Shown piece by piece: positions 1-14,110 of a stretch of 64,000 nucleotides of DNA; the first letter of the stretch is position 1, and each line of letters begins with the position of its first letter. The notes under the pieces are model-generated. The model ran no database searches and was not told the DNA's origin. It saw nothing but the letters and a program-made list of their open reading frames with translations. The translations under genes were made by a program, and so were the position numbers. The DNA is from the human T2T-CHM13v2.0 reference genome, Homo sapiens, in the NCBI RefSeq assembly GCF_009914755.1, contig NC_060930.1. One strand, given 5' to 3'.

Positions 1-60
1 AGGAATATAAATGGAAGCCATAGTCTCCAAAGATGTGAATGCATTTAAAAATCAAGTTGG

Positions 61-185
61 GGAGGCTGAGGAAGGAGAATCACTTGAACCGAGGTGGAGA
101 TTGCAGTGAGCTGAGATTGTGCCATGGCACGCCATCCTAGGAAATAGAGAGAGACCCTGCCTCAAAAAAAAAAAAAAAAAAAAAA
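61..185 (+). mobile_element. 5'-truncated Alu (right arm only) with poly(A) and perfect TSD
   Basis: GGAGGCTGAG..AGAATCACTTGAACC..TTGCAGTGAGCTGAGAT then an A tail; AAAAATCAAGTTGG is present at both 47-60 and 181-194. Confidence 0.92.
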
Positions 186-391
186 TCAAGTTGGACATAG
201 GTGTGATTTTTATTTTTACTTGCCCAAAATAAGATAAAAATGTCACTGCCCACATGGGTCATGGTCTCCATAACAACAAAATCAATCATAGGCTAATCTA
301 AACTGAGAAAAATAAATTTCCTTGGGGGAAACACACACACATGTTCACAAATATATCTCTTCACACACATGCCAATACACCCGCTTAATAC

Positions 392-744
392 TGTCTTAGA
401 TTTCTAAGTTACAGTGCAGGCTGCTATAGAAAAGTACTGTAAGCTGAATAGCTTACAAACAGAAATTTATTTCTTGCAGTTCTGGAGGCTGGGAAGTTCA
501 AGATCAAGGATCCAGTAGATTCAGTGTCTGGTGAGGATGCACTTTTTCATAGATGGAGCCTTCTCATCATGTCTGCTCGTAGTGAAAGGGCTCCCTTTTA
601 TTAGGGCACTAACCCCACTGATGAGAGCTCTGAATTCATGAGCTAATCACATCCCAAAGGCCTCATCTTCTAATACCATTCACACTGGCAATTAGGTTTC
701 AACATATGAATTTTGGGGGGATGCAAATATTCAAATCATAACAC
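392..744 (-). mobile_element. MaLR solo LTR (MLT1A-like)
   Basis: TGTCTTAG...AGAAATTTATTTCTTGCAGTTCTGGAGGCTGGGAAGTTCAAGATCAAGG...ATGAATTTTGGGGGG; recalled MLT1A reverse-strand motifs. Confidence 0.82.
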
Positions 745-2800
745 ATACCTATATTCTTGTAGATCAAGTCAGTACTACTGGTAAATATGTATTCAAATTG
801 CTATTTTGAGCTTCTTAAAACTATCACATGAGATTTCAAAACATAGGAGATTGGCAACAGGATCCTATAAGGCCATGAAGTCCAAAAGGCTAAAATATCA
901 CCTTATATTTCTCAGGATTGTGGATATGTACAGCACCTAATAGCTCTGAAATTTCAGCTTCTGTAAATGGCTTAAAGGCTATGAGTCACAACTGAGACAT
1001 ACTGAGTCCTAAGCCCTCTCTCCTATCCTTTCGTTGTCAGTCATAACCTCAGGTTTTCTTCCACACCTCTTGGCTGCACTTTCTAGCTGCAGGGCAAATA
1101 TACGAGGCACTTTACAAACTAAGAAGAATTGTTGCCATTCTGGGAAACAAATGAAATTGAGAATATAGCAGAAAATCTACTTTATTTTGTCTATCACAAT
1201 TTAATCTTCACCTCTAATAGTTTATTTGCTAATCCTACTTGACTAAATTCTTGCAGAGGTCTTTAATCTGTAATGATATTTATATCAATGCCCACAAGCA
1301 GTGCTATAGTTAATGGTGTGTTGTCATTTCCATTATAAACTCCCTATTGCACAAGTAAGAGGAGAACTAAGAACCTGTGACTTTCCTAGCTGAGGGCACA
1401 TTTCAATGCTCTTCTAAATTACAGTATTAGCCAGAGCACTTTTGTCAGGCAGTATTTTCAGGCAATTTAAGAAATCGCATTAAAGGGGAAAAAAGAAATC
1501 AAAACTCTACTCACTATTTTAACAGTCAAATAAATGTCTGTAGGTAAAATTTCTTCTATTTTTATAGCTTCACATATGTTAAGCATGTATAAATAGTAAA
1601 CATATTTACAATTTTGTTATTTCATTACTGAAATATTTTCTTTAGCATTTACGTTGAATTAAGTAAAAAATGTATAAGCATGAGGACCCTCTTATACTCA
1701 TTTTTATTAAAAATTTTAAACAATCTCCTACCATGTCTGGAGAGGCATGAATGAGAAGTATTACTAACACATATTTTAATAAAAGAATTTTATTATGTAA
1801 ACATTGGAAGGAGCTGATAATTATAATTGTAATGTTGTTGAAATGAATAAATATAACCATTTCACTGAATAAATTATACAGCTGAGCGTTTCATTGTGAT
1901 GTTACAGTTTTGCCTTGCTTAATGGAGCAGAATGTAGAACCAATGGTTCTGGTCTCTTCTTGACTAAGCTGCTATGGTTTCTGTGGGATGATAGCCCTTG
2001 AGAGAATAGTCTTGCCTTAGTAAAAGTGGGATATTCTACAATGAATGAGCAATATAAAAAATGAATTAAAAAAGAGTTAAATTTTTTAATTAAAATTAGT
2101 GACAAGAAGTAACATATTATATGAGCCTGCACCATTAATTTAAGTATTATAAAAAAGTGGTACATGAAGGATATAATGTGTAAATTTTCAAAATTTTCAA
2201 AGATGAATTTCTTTCGTTTTACAATTCTATTGTAGGACAGAGGATGAAGTTGCTAGGATGACTGTCCTATCTATTCCCCTTCAAGCTTTCCCTAGTCAGT
2301 GTATCTGTGAGGACTCACCAGGAGAATTAGGCACAGAACTTCACAAGCCTGTGGCTGTCTCTGAAACAAAATTTAAACCTTCTGTGACTGTGTTATTTTG
2401 AACAATTTGTTTTATGATTTGTTTCTAACTCATAAAAAGGCACTTAAAAATAAAAATCTTGCCTATTTTGTTATTTTTTTAAAAAACTTATTATATACTT
2501 TCCTGTGTATAAAGAGAACATATTGAACATCATTTAAACTGTCATAGATAATTTAGGCAGAATTCATATTATTGTCTTATGATCTGATACAGCAATTACG
2601 ATAAATGACCTTACACTGTGCTGTGTTTGTGGTTCTGTTTTGGTTTTGTGTATATTTTTCCTACTTTGCCTCGATGCTTACCTGTAGGCTGTTATATTAA
2701 TATTTTACTTCTTTCATTGAAACTATTTGTCTTTCAATTTACTTTAATTCAATTTGGTTTTATGTTGCTTTTTAAAAACACAATCTTAATTTATTTCTAG

Positions 2801-3010
2801 TCTACTAACAGCTGAGAAAAGGCTGTTAGAAATACATGTAAAACAAGATTCCATAGCTATGAATGGGAACCTGAATGGATTAAGTGCTTGGGAATTAGTC
2901 TGCATATTGAGTGATATGACTTACAACTCTTCAAAAGTTTTCTTGCTTCTTACTCCACATACTTGGTATTTCTACAAGGTATATTTGGAGAATTATTGAA
3001 GGCTACATAG
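2801..3010 (+). other. Candidate spliced exon (probably non-coding)
   Basis: Pyrimidine-rich acceptor TTTATTTCTAG at 2790-2800 and strong donor TAG/GTGAGT at 3010; stops in all frames over the full 210 nt; motif evidence only. Confidence 0.22.
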
Positions 3011-3604
3011 GTGAGTTGTCATAACATAAGAGGGCCAATTTTAGACTCTATCCATATATTAAAATACTAATAGAATCTTAAAATATATTAAAATACTAAT
3101 AGATGTCTCACAACAAACCCTAGAATGTGGGTTCTATCCTTTTAAAGATAAGTCAAAGCATGAGAGGATAGAAAATCCCCCACTTCATGATCCCACAGGT
3201 AATAAATTCTAGCCCAGGTATTTTGAAAACAGAGCCTCTTACCCATTATGTGCCTCAAGTGAAGGCATACAACTAGACATTTCTCCAGCACAACATTTTG
3301 ATCCCATGAAAGCCACAGTTACTATGACTGTAAGAAACAGAAAGCCAAAATCACCACCCCCAAATTTGCATATTTTATTATTAAAGCTCTTTAACATATA
3401 GTTATCAATGTGATTGTTTAAAAGAACAGATAAAATGCCAGAGATAGAATTAGGGGGACTTTTTTTTTCTGTTTTCTATGTGTTTTTGAGCATATATGTA
3501 GACATAATATGAATAATTGTACATTATTTTATATATATATTTTAAATAAATTTAAGGAAAAAAATGACAAAAAGTTGAATATGCAAAAAAATTACAAGAA
3601 CTAT

Positions 3605-4020
3605 AAGCCAGAAGCAGAAAACAAACTTTGTATGTTCTCATTTGTGGGTGCTAACAGTTAACACAATTGAACTCATGGAGATAGAGAATAGACAGATGGT
3701 TATTAGAGGCTGGAAAGTGTAGTGGGGTGGTCAGGGAGAGGTGGGGGTTGTTAATGGGTACAAAATAATAGTAACAATGAATAGACCTAGTAACTGATAG
3801 CATAGCAGGGTGACTATAGCCAGTAATATATTTACTATACATTTGTAAACAACTTAGAGTTTAATTGGATTGTTTGTAACACAAGGGATAAATGTGTGAG
3901 GGGATAGATACCCCATGTACCATGATGTGCTTATTACACATTGCATGCCTGTATCAAAGTATCTCATGTACCCCAAAATATACATACCTATTATGTAACC
4001 ACAAAAATTAAAAACAATAA
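3605..4020 (+). mobile_element. L1MA-type LINE-1 3' end
   Basis: ATGTTCTCATTTGTGGG..AATTGAACTCATGGAGATAGAG..TTGCATGCCTGTATCAAAGTATCTCATGTACCCC..A-rich end. Confidence 0.88.
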
Positions 4021-7000
4021 CAAATACTGGTAACATAATGGACAAACAATTGGGTTTTCCAGTAATATTATGGATGCATAAGAGACATACCCAAATGGTT
4101 GTGATATACCTCAGCCCTTCATCACATTTAAAAGTCCAGCGGGTTAGTGATTGAATTGGACTTAGTACCTAATATCTGAGGCTTTTTATGGTAATAAGAT
4201 TAGACTCTTTTACTCTACCTTTTCTAGATAAGTTCAACTGAATAAAATTCTTTAATTCTTCTAGTGCCATCAATCATCCATCTGGGGAACACACTAGGTA
4301 GATGGTGCATTCTCTGTTCTCACTTCCACACTCCTTCCCCTCTCTCTGAATCCAGAATCTTGAGATTTAAAAGGTCTAGTAAAATTTCCCCCCATTCGGT
4401 CCACTCTTGGCTAGAAAAATGCATAGGATTTTATTCAGTGGGGACATAGAGGGAAGTCAGAATATTGAAAATATGGGGAAATTAGGTATATGCTCTCCCT
4501 CCCATACTCAAAAATCAAATATTTTTCATCATGAATGGGAAAAATAATCCTATGGATAGAAGTCTAACCTATCCTTTGTATAGAAACATCTTTCCACGGG
4601 AGCGTTATGTAAGAATTGGCTGTAATGAGATTATCAGTATCCAACTAGCTGAATCAGTCCCTCTCACAAAGACAGTTTTAGGAGGTGAGCCATTAATACT
4701 ATATCTGCTAATTGCTTGCACTATTATAATAGACAAGATATACTCTTACTGAAGTATAAACTGCATCAGTAGCCATTTTTAAAATTTAAAGTGACATTTC
4801 CATGTCACTGTTAATAAGAGCTAGTAGCCACTCCCCCAGTCCCCTTTGTATTTGCCAAGCACTGGGCTGACTGCTTTATACATCAATCCTTACATCAGTC
4901 TTGAATATTAAGCTGAAGCCTTTCCTGGAGAGGCTTCCCTGTGCTTAATTGCATCAACACTTGTGCTACACAATCAACCTGTAGCCCTAAGCAACAAACC
5001 AATGGTAGCATATATCAGTATGTTATTAAGTTATCACCATTTCCCCACATTCCCTGCTTATTCTGAGACATTTGCTTTAAGGAAGAACTAACTGTCTTAG
5101 TAGAAATATGAAGTTTAACCATCAAAATCTGCATTCTCTTAATGAAAATTTCAAAAACATTAACCTAGGTATAAGACAGAAAAGTTTCCAAGAATATGCA
5201 TTTGTTTTAGTCCCCATCCTAATAATAGGTTAAGAAAAATTCCCCAAATGGAAAGTTGAGGGGAAAAAAGAAAAGAGCTGAAGAAGATATAAGTTTTGCA
5301 CTAAAAGGTTCTCTGAAAAGGAACTTTAAGGGCCTCTTTATTCATGGAGGGCTCCAAAAGAGAAAGGAAATAAGATCTGAGATAAGTTTTGAAATATAGC
5401 AGTAAGGAGAGCAGTCCCCTTCTCCCATCAGGAACCCTTGGAGGTGACTGCCTTACCCTGGCCAGAGCTACCACGGACGGCTAAGAAGCCCCAGAATAAA
5501 CAAGGCTGTGCGGGCTTCAGGAGAAAAGAAGGCCTGAGATGGTTCAGAGAGATGTTGTTAAGAAGTAACCAAAATTTCTGGTTCCTAGTTTTGGCCTTGC
5601 AGTTAGTTTTATAACTATCCTAGTTTGTGGTTCTGCAAAGAGCTAACCAGTTCTTCAGCTGATGGATAATTTGATCTTAGCACAAATATCTGCCAGAATT
5701 CTTATGCTTTTTTGCTTACACGGTGAAGTCTCTCTGTGGGTACCAAAAATGAAAGCATAAAAATAGCTACCCTTATCTTAAAAGGGAAAGGGAATTTATT
5801 AGATGAAAGACAGTGTATTATAAGCACAGAACATTATACTGATTCTGAAATACCTTGTATTCCATATTTCCAGTTGCCTAAATTCTGTACTTTATGAGGT
5901 AGTTTTAGATATTCTTCTTCTCTAGAACCTTGGCCTGTCTTTCTCAGACAATTAGAAAAAGGAAATCAAAACACCGCGTTTCTGAAGAATAAGTGCAAAG
6001 GGCTACATTCATTTTTATGGCTCATTTGTAATAAATTATTTGATGTAAGACAGAAGAAAAAGGCCAATATGGCCATGCTTTTATGTTTGTTTACAAGTGA
6101 GAAATAAAGAGAAGAAGCAGAAGAAGTCAGGTTAGAATGTAAATGTGCCCCTGATTAAGTCATGGCCTGGCAGAAGTGGAGGAAAATGCCAGAAGCCAGA
6201 GTTACCTTCCAGCTGTCTAAAAAGGTGGGTCCAGTGAGAAGAACCAACTTCTTTTCTGTTGCTCATCCTTTTGGTCAGAGTGAGTTGCCTTGGTTACACA
6301 GGTCCTTTTTCCCATCTGGGGCAAAGGGCAAATAAATTCTAGCATGTCTGTGCCATAGGGGAGCCACCTGAAGGAAATAGCGCCTTGTTTGGGAACAAGC
6401 TCTCCTTCCATCTATCTACCAAGTGGAATTCAGATATACAGATAGGTTTCTTGAGAAGGAAACTGGTAGCACAGAGAAGTACTAGCAGCTTTGAAGGCTA
6501 CTTGTCAATTTTTGCCTGAATTCTGAAGATGGTTGAATGGCAGCTGGGAAAGAATATTGGGAAGAAATAGGTCACGGCATCTGTTTCACAGTCCTCTCTG
6601 TTTTCTAGGCTGGAGGATCCTGCTTACTAAGCAAAAACAACTTCACCTGCAACAACTAAGTCAGAGAAAAGCCATCTTTATGAGGGAGAGGAGGAAAGAT
6701 TTCAATACAGCACACCTAAGCAGTTCACCTGAACTAATGAGGAGAAAAAAGCCTTAGCTCAGTTGTCTTGCCTTGCCAAGTTTTCCCGCAGCCAAGTCCT
6801 TAATGTTATCTTAAGCAGTTTATTTTGTTTAATTATCTAGTTCCATTACAAAGTAAGATGACTTTGCTCAAATTGCACTTAAATATTACCTTCAGAAGTG
6901 TTATTTACTATGTTCACAGAAGAGTTTGCTTTGTAGATTTTATAATATTCATAGAAAGTGATGTACGCTTGTTTGAATTTAATTTAGACTGAAGAAATAG

Positions 7001-7238
7001 ATAAAAGGGGAGGTTGACAAAACCCACAGGATAGTATTAAGAAAATGAGGCAGAATAATGCCGTTGAAGAAATGCAAATTTTCAAAGTCCATTAGTACTG
7101 TTAATAGAGAAGTAGAAGGAAAAACATCAACTACCTGATGGGTAAATAGACTGCAATTCACCCTCAAACGATGAGTTCCAGACCTTTGACTTAAATAAGT
7201 ATTCTAAGACTTCACAGACTCAGAAACATGTTTTAGAC

Positions 7239-7541
7239 TGTCTTAGCTAGTTTGGCTGCTATAACAAACTGCCATATTCTGCATGTCTTATAAACAACAG
7301 GAATTTCTGTCTTACATTTCTGGAGGTGGGAAATTCAAGGTACAGGACAGGCAAGGAGAGGAGGAAGGAGGAGGGGGAGAGAGTGAGTTCTGCAGGTTCC
7401 TTTTATAAGGGGACTAATCCTATCAGGTGCCCTCATGATACTTAAATACCTCCCAATGGGCTCACTTCCTAATACCATCACATGCTAGAGTTAGGATATC
7501 AAATGTGAATTTTGGGAGACACACACATTTAGTTCATATCA
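7239..7541 (-). mobile_element. MaLR solo LTR (MLT1A-like), internally deleted
   Basis: TGTCTTAG..GGCTGCTATAACAAA..TAATACCATCACA..TGAATTTTGGGAGACACA; visibly similar to 392-744. Confidence 0.78.
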
Positions 7542-7947
7542 TAGACATTCATTAATTAAAATTAAAGTTTGGCTTTTGCTACACAGAAGCCAAAATTAAT
7601 TTTTCTTCTGTGACTAAGGTTGACCTATATAGCTAGCGGACTTACTCTGCTGCGGACTATTTGACTGAAGGATTAGGGCACAGCAACATTTACAGTTACT
7701 GGGTTTTCCTTGTTTCTAGAAAAATTCTGTAATCTACAACGATGTTTCAAATAAAATTCACATCAAAATATTACAAAACTCTTAACAAAAAAATAGAAAA
7801 TTTAAAGGATGTTATCATCAACTCACTATGTCTTTGGTAAAATCTCTGGTTTTATGTGCAAATTGACTTTTTACCACTTCTACATATTTATACTGGAGGG
7901 TTTTTTTTCTTTTTAGTTTTATTATTATTATTATTATTTTCTTTTAG

Positions 7948-7994
7948 AAAATGGGATACCGTTGAGAAAAGTGATTCTCCTGAAGAAAAAAAAA
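7948..7994 (+). other. Candidate small exon (47 nt)
   Basis: Long T-rich tract ending TTTTCTTTTAG; weak donor AAA/GTAATC; open as KWDTVEKSDSPEEKK. Confidence 0.15.
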
Positions 7995-8777
7995 GTAATC
8001 TTTTATATTTACACTATCATTTAAATAAATCCAGGCATTCAAATAGTTATGTGAAGACACCTGAACTTCAACTTAATAAGGCCCTGTTCATTATATACAG
8101 CTGTGAGAGACTGTGCTATGCTATTTTCCTGAGAGACAAGTCAATCAAATGTGTTAAATGCCTAAATTGTAAAATGCAATGTAGCAATGAAAAGATTCAA
8201 AAGTAAAATGCAAGTAGGAATCACCTTCAGTTCACCATTTAACTGGGGACACAGAACATATACACAAGGAAATAAGCTCCAACATTATCACAACTCTTTA
8301 TTGACACAGAAACTAAGTACAAATGTGCTACTAGTATAATTAAGTGGCCATCTGAAGCTACTTGCTAACTTCCTAAATTCCTAACTTCCTAAGAGGCAGT
8401 GATTTTGTAAGTGACTTTGACATTAAAAACAAACTGGTTCAATAAGAAATTGCTCAAGTGGATCTGTTTTTTGTTTGTTTCCTTTCTTTCAGTAACCTAT
8501 TAAGCACATTTAGGTAAGATTATTCTATTACTTGATTAAGTGATTGCTGTCTGGTGTACTAAAGATATCTATTACTCTGCTCTTGCATTGCCAGTAATGT
8601 TGGTAAAAGTATTTATGTAGCTGTCCTTATAATCTTTTGGTGAAAATGAACTATTTCACTCGTACTGTCAGCGCACATTAGGCAAAAACAGAGAATCTGT
8701 TTCCTTCTACTACTATGTCCATCAGCTACACCTGTGTTAGTGGCTCTAAGTAGAATTTTCACCAAAAGTAGCAATTA

Positions 8778-9145
8778 CAGTTACATGCCCCATAATGATG
8801 TTTTGTTCAACTACAGAATGTACATACCAAAGTGGTCCTATAAGGTTATGTTACTGTATTTTTACTCAACCTTTTATATGCTTAGATATATTTAGATACG
8901 TAGATGTTTCTCATTATGTACATAGGTGTTCCTTGATATGTTACAATTGCCTACAGACTTCAGCACAGTAACATGCTGTACTGTTATAGCCTAGGAGCAA
9001 TAGGCTATGCTATATAGCCTAGGTGTGTAGCAGGCTGTAACATCTAGGTTTGTGTAAGTACAGTCTATTATGTTCTCAGAATGACAAAGTTGCCTAAGAA
9101 AGCATTTCTCAGGATGTGTTGCTGCCATTAAGTGAGGCATGATTG
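8778..9145 (+). mobile_element. Tigger3a (MER7A) non-autonomous DNA transposon
   Basis: TA-flanked degenerate TIRs (CAGTTACATG... / ...GCATGATTG); internal GCCTAGGAGCAATAGGCTA..GCCTAGGTGTGTAG shared with 14740-15951. Confidence 0.85.
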
Positions 9146-10959
9146 TATATTTGGAAGCTCATTGACATCAAGTAAAATTTACTCTTACCAAGTCCTTCTG
9201 TACTATTTTTCCTTTACCCCAAGGTATAAATTGCTGATAACTCATTAAAGCTGTGTTTCTCAATTGCATCTGCCAAACAATATTATCAGGTATTTAGCTA
9301 CATCAGACTCTCATAGGCAAATAAACTTGAGAAAAGCTACTGAATATTTTCTGCTTTTGGAGACTCTTAAAGAACATTAGCATATTGTAGGCACTGAACA
9401 GAGAAATTTGTTTGTCTTCATTCGGCCCATTGTTTTTCCATATGTGATTCAACCTGTAGCATTTTTATTTTGTAAAACTCCTATTATGCTTAGGAATGAA
9501 TCCAAGGAATACAGTTATAGAAATGCTGGAATCAAGTATAAACCTTTCTTGTTGTGGAAGGTGGACTTTCAAGTCTTGGCTTGTAGTGGAGAAGAATGAA
9601 GTGAGAATCAGAAAAGAGAAGGTGGTAATCAAGGGCTTCTCTCTGTCACTCACTCTTCCTAGGTATGGACAAACTGCCTTTGTCATCCATCCCATTATGG
9701 CCCAGAGAGCATCTGGGTAGTCATTACAGAGGATCTTCTTAAGACATAAAAGTGTCTTTTGTAAACTCTGTGGTGTAAAATTGAAAAAAAAAGTGAATTT
9801 CAAAAAATTATTATTAATGGCACTTTTACCACAGTGCTTTTTATCATAAAACCTAGATATCTACATTGAAGGTGGATAAAAAAGGGAGTGAATGTGAACA
9901 AATGGAAAGGACCTTTGGATCTGAGATGTAAAGAACTGTTTGAATCCTTGCTTAGGCATTTTCTATATCTGAATCTCATTCTTTTTTTTCACTTTCTATG
10001 TGTGTAGAACTGGTAAACAAATGAAAAAAATGGTATAGGATATGTGGTAAATAAGTGCCATGTATTATTACTACACATTTTAGTTCTAAATATCTAAACA
10101 CTACTTTCTCTTGGATAAAATATCATGCAACTAGAGATTCAAGAAAATGCTACAAAATTACATATAAAAATAACTCCAAATTAGTAAAGAACTAGAACAA
10201 GAAATGATTCACACACACAATTTTTAAATAAAGTGAATTGTTTAAAAAATTCCGAAACACTAATGTGGTATAAATATCATTGGCTATGAAATGGTATAAC
10301 TGCATGGGGCTTGCTAATAGAATACAAAAGTTATTATACTGGAAATATTGCATGGAAATTATATGTTTTTATATGTAATCATCATGTAATCCTTTATGTG
10401 AAAAGAAGCTTAAGACACCTAATCCATTTCGGAGGGTAGAGAATGCCAATAGTGGTTGAGAACTTGTCATTTCAAAAAAATGTATTCAGTTTACAGTTAG
10501 GGTCTTGTGAGCAAAAACATGTGTATCTGATGTGTGCATGTGTGTGTCTTCTAAAAGCAAAGCAGGAATCCAGCATTATAGAACATATTAGGAGAAAGCA
10601 AATGGGAGATAAATGCATTTATGTAAACTTATTTATTTAAAGTTGGACTTTTTTTTTCAGCAGTAGTTAAAAACACTTTGCAAATAACACCAAGGCTATA
10701 AAAGAGGCAAATAATAGGATTCATATGGATAAAGATATTTTGTTCTTATTTCTGAATTAGAATAATTTGGTTTTGACTTAAAATGTTAAGCTATGAATTT
10801 CATCTTGTTATAAATATAAGGTACATAAATTGGACCATCCTATCAAGTTCAGTCAAGATTCTGGTACACAGGTAGTAATTATTATGAAAACCCTTCTACA
10901 AAAATCATTCCAGCATTGTCATTTACAGGTTATATTAAAAGATAAGTGGAGGTCCCTTT

Positions 10960-11535
10960 TAAACTTAAGAAAGCTAAAAACAAATTCCATTCAATCCAGC
11001 AATCCCATTACTGGATATATACTAAGAGGAATATAAATTGCTTTATCATAAATACATATGCATGCATATGTTCATTGCAGCACTGTTCACACTAGCAAAG
11101 ACATGGAATCAATCTAAATGTTCATCAGTGATATATCGGATAAAGAAAATGTGGTTTATTTACACTATGGCATAACTATGCAGCCCTAAAAAAGAATGGG
11201 ATTATGTTCTTTGCAGGAACAGGGATGGAGCTGAACATGGATGGATCCTTAGGAAACTACGCAGGAACAAAAACCCAAATACTGCATGTTCTCACTTATA
11301 AGTGGGAGGTAAATGATCAGAACACATGGACACATAGAGGGGAACAACACACTGAGGCCTTTCGGAAGGTTGAGGGTTGGGGGAGGGAAAGGATCACAAT
11401 AAATAACTATTGGGTACTAGGCTTAATATCTGGCTGATTAAATAATGTGTACAACAGACACCCATGATACGTTTACCTATGTAATAAACCTGTATGTGTA
11501 CTCCTAAACTTAAAATAAAAGTATATAAAAAAGAG
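10960..11535 (+). mobile_element. LINE-1 3' end (older L1PA, ~L1PA15/16)
   Basis: CCAGCAATCCCATTACTGG..ATGTTCATTGCAGCACT..CATGTTCTCACTTATAAGTGGGAG..AACTTAAAATAAAAGT plus A-rich tail. Confidence 0.9.
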
Positions 11536-12407
11536 AAAAATGTTTCATTTAGGGCAAAAATTTCTAGTCACTTTATTGAAGTAGTGAAAAACAAGTTCCT
11601 ATTTCACTTAGCTGAAGACTTAGGCTCAATTAATTAGGGATTAACCAAGAGAGATATAAGCAAGAAGCTTGTATGAAGGGTAGTTAGGGAGAATTATTAC
11701 CAGAAACGCATGGGAGAAAATGTTTTATGTGTGTTGTCTTCTATCAAAAATACCCCATCTACTTTTAATTTTTGTGAAACTCACAAAATAAAAATGTCTC
11801 TGCCCACTACAGAAAGCCTATTGACTACATGAATATCTAGGTTCCAATAAATGGAGCCACCTTGTCTAGAACAGGTCAAATAATGGGCTATTTTTACAGA
11901 CAAGGCTGATAAGAGAATCATAGAATATTACAGACAGAAGGAATTTTACGTGAATTCCCTCATTATATACATAAGAAAATAAGATCATAGATGAGAAATT
12001 AGTGACTGTGCTAAGATTAGAACTTCAATCTCTGGATTCCAAGTAAAACTTTTTTTGATAAAGAGAAAAATTTTCAATATTTAAACCAAGCCTGGTTTTT
12101 CACCTCTTTATGATTCTTTTTTATAAAACTTTAACTACAAATGTTCTACTCACCTTTAATTTACTTGCACAATGACCTGGGAGGCCTTCTTTCCTGATGT
12201 ACTTAATTTGTCATCTCTTACTGCTGAGATACATAGTAATGAGACTGTTACTATAGTTAGGATACCTAAAATATCTTAAATCTTAAATGTACTTTTATGC
12301 TTCATAGACAAACCTAGAACATGCGATTGTCAGTTCTTTCCCTTGGTAGCATTAGTTTGTAGGGAAATATTGGATAATTTTTTTTTATTTTTGATTTAAA
12401 AACAAAG

Positions 12408-12453
12408 ATTTGGATTCGCCAGGATTATTTAGACTGGACTACTTAGAAAACAG
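12408..12453 (+). other. Candidate small exon (46 nt)
   Basis: T-run upstream of an AAG acceptor, strong donor CAG/GTATGT, one open frame (LDSPGLFRLDYLEN); gene not recognised. Confidence 0.28.
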
Positions 12454-13964
12454 GTATGTTATCTTCTCCTTTTAGCTTCATCTTTATTCTTTTTCACTGT
12501 CTGTGTATTGTGAAAATATTGAGGGTTCTTTGAAGGTAGAATGAGTTCTATTCTTTTGCAAATCCCGCAGTGTGCCTCACAAATGCCTCATCCCTAGTAA
12601 AAATCTGATGAAATTCTGTTATTTTGATGCCTGACTTGTAACACAAAATGTACGTGTAAATTTTTCCTGTCTTACTTATTCTAACATACTTAAGCATTTT
12701 GATTTTTTTTTTCTACTATCCATTAAGGCATGGATTCTTTAACAGAGATGGTTTTTGTAAAGTGCATACACAGATACACATAAATGAATGTTAAACTTAG
12801 AACCAAAAACAAAGGCATAAATAATTGCTTTATTCTCTTCAAAGATGAAAAAGACAGAAATAATATTTAAAAAGATAGCTAAAATATGCTTCTATGTGCC
12901 CATAATAAGAAATTTCACAACTACATTATTGTCGTCTAAAACAAAATATGTGATAGCCCAGGTGCAAGTGGTTTGACTAAGATTTCTTAAAAATCTAAGA
13001 TGACTTTCATACCTTTTAAAAAACATTCTCCAGTGTTGTTTTTAATTTTTCACCACTGTCTCTGAGACTGTGCAGCTGCAGCTGGAAGCATAACAATAGT
13101 TCAGCTTACTGGCATCTATTTCCTGATTTAGAATCAACAGGGAAATAATTGTCAAGACTTGAAATGGAATGCATACAATCGTTGTATTTAAAAATTAATA
13201 TGAAGTTATTTAATTCAAACACCTAGAGATTTTTTTTTAAGCAATACTTCAGCATTTCTCCTTGGGAACAGCTAAATTTGAATTTAAAGATTTCATGGAC
13301 TGACTTTAATTTATAGGGAACTTTATGAGGAATTTATAGCACATACGATTATGAATAGCACATAATGCTTGCTAATAATAATTTAAAAAGTTACTGGTTA
13401 TGTTATACTATTAGTTTTAACTCTTTTATTTATTGTAATTTAAACATAAATATGTAGTTAAAAATAATTCTACGGTGTATAAATATGTATATATAACTAA
13501 ATTGTTATAAATGGTCAATATGAACAGAATGATACAAATTTGGAAATAAAAAATACTTTTTTCTACAAAATGCAAATTATTTATATTATCTTTAGTATTC
13601 ATATAGTTATATTTCTCTATTAGATATTCTAGTAAATATGTGATTGCAAAAAATAAGAACAGCAAAAACTACTTAAAAACTAAAATTTTACTTTGAATAA
13701 TCTGCTGCCTATAAGCAGCTTGATGATACCTGATATAGGGTTAGGTCTACATAATGCCAAACAAAATGCCAGGAAGAAAAACATAAAATAAAGGTAGTTT
13801 TCCTTAAACTGTTGGAAAAGAAGACCTGTTTATTTCAGTATATAGTCAAACTAATACCAGGCAACTAAAAGAATAAATTGTCTTTTTCTTTCCTTTTTTA
13901 AAAATAAATTTGAGTAATAGGTGTAAATATTTGCTAGGTTTTATTTATGTTTATAAGTAAACAC

Positions 13965-14110
13965 ATAGTTAATATATATTAAATGCCTACTACATGCTAG
14001 GCACTGTTTACTTGTTCACAGGGATTCTCTCATTTAATTTTTACAAAATTCCTCTATATTCTATTACTTTATTTACAAATGAGAAAGGCAAAGCATAAAG
14101 AGGTTAATAC
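13965..14110 (-). mobile_element. MIR fragment
   Basis: TGCCTACTACATGCTAGGCACTGTT..TCTCATTTAAT..TTTACAAATGAGAAA..AGAGGTTAA MIR core. Confidence 0.65.
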
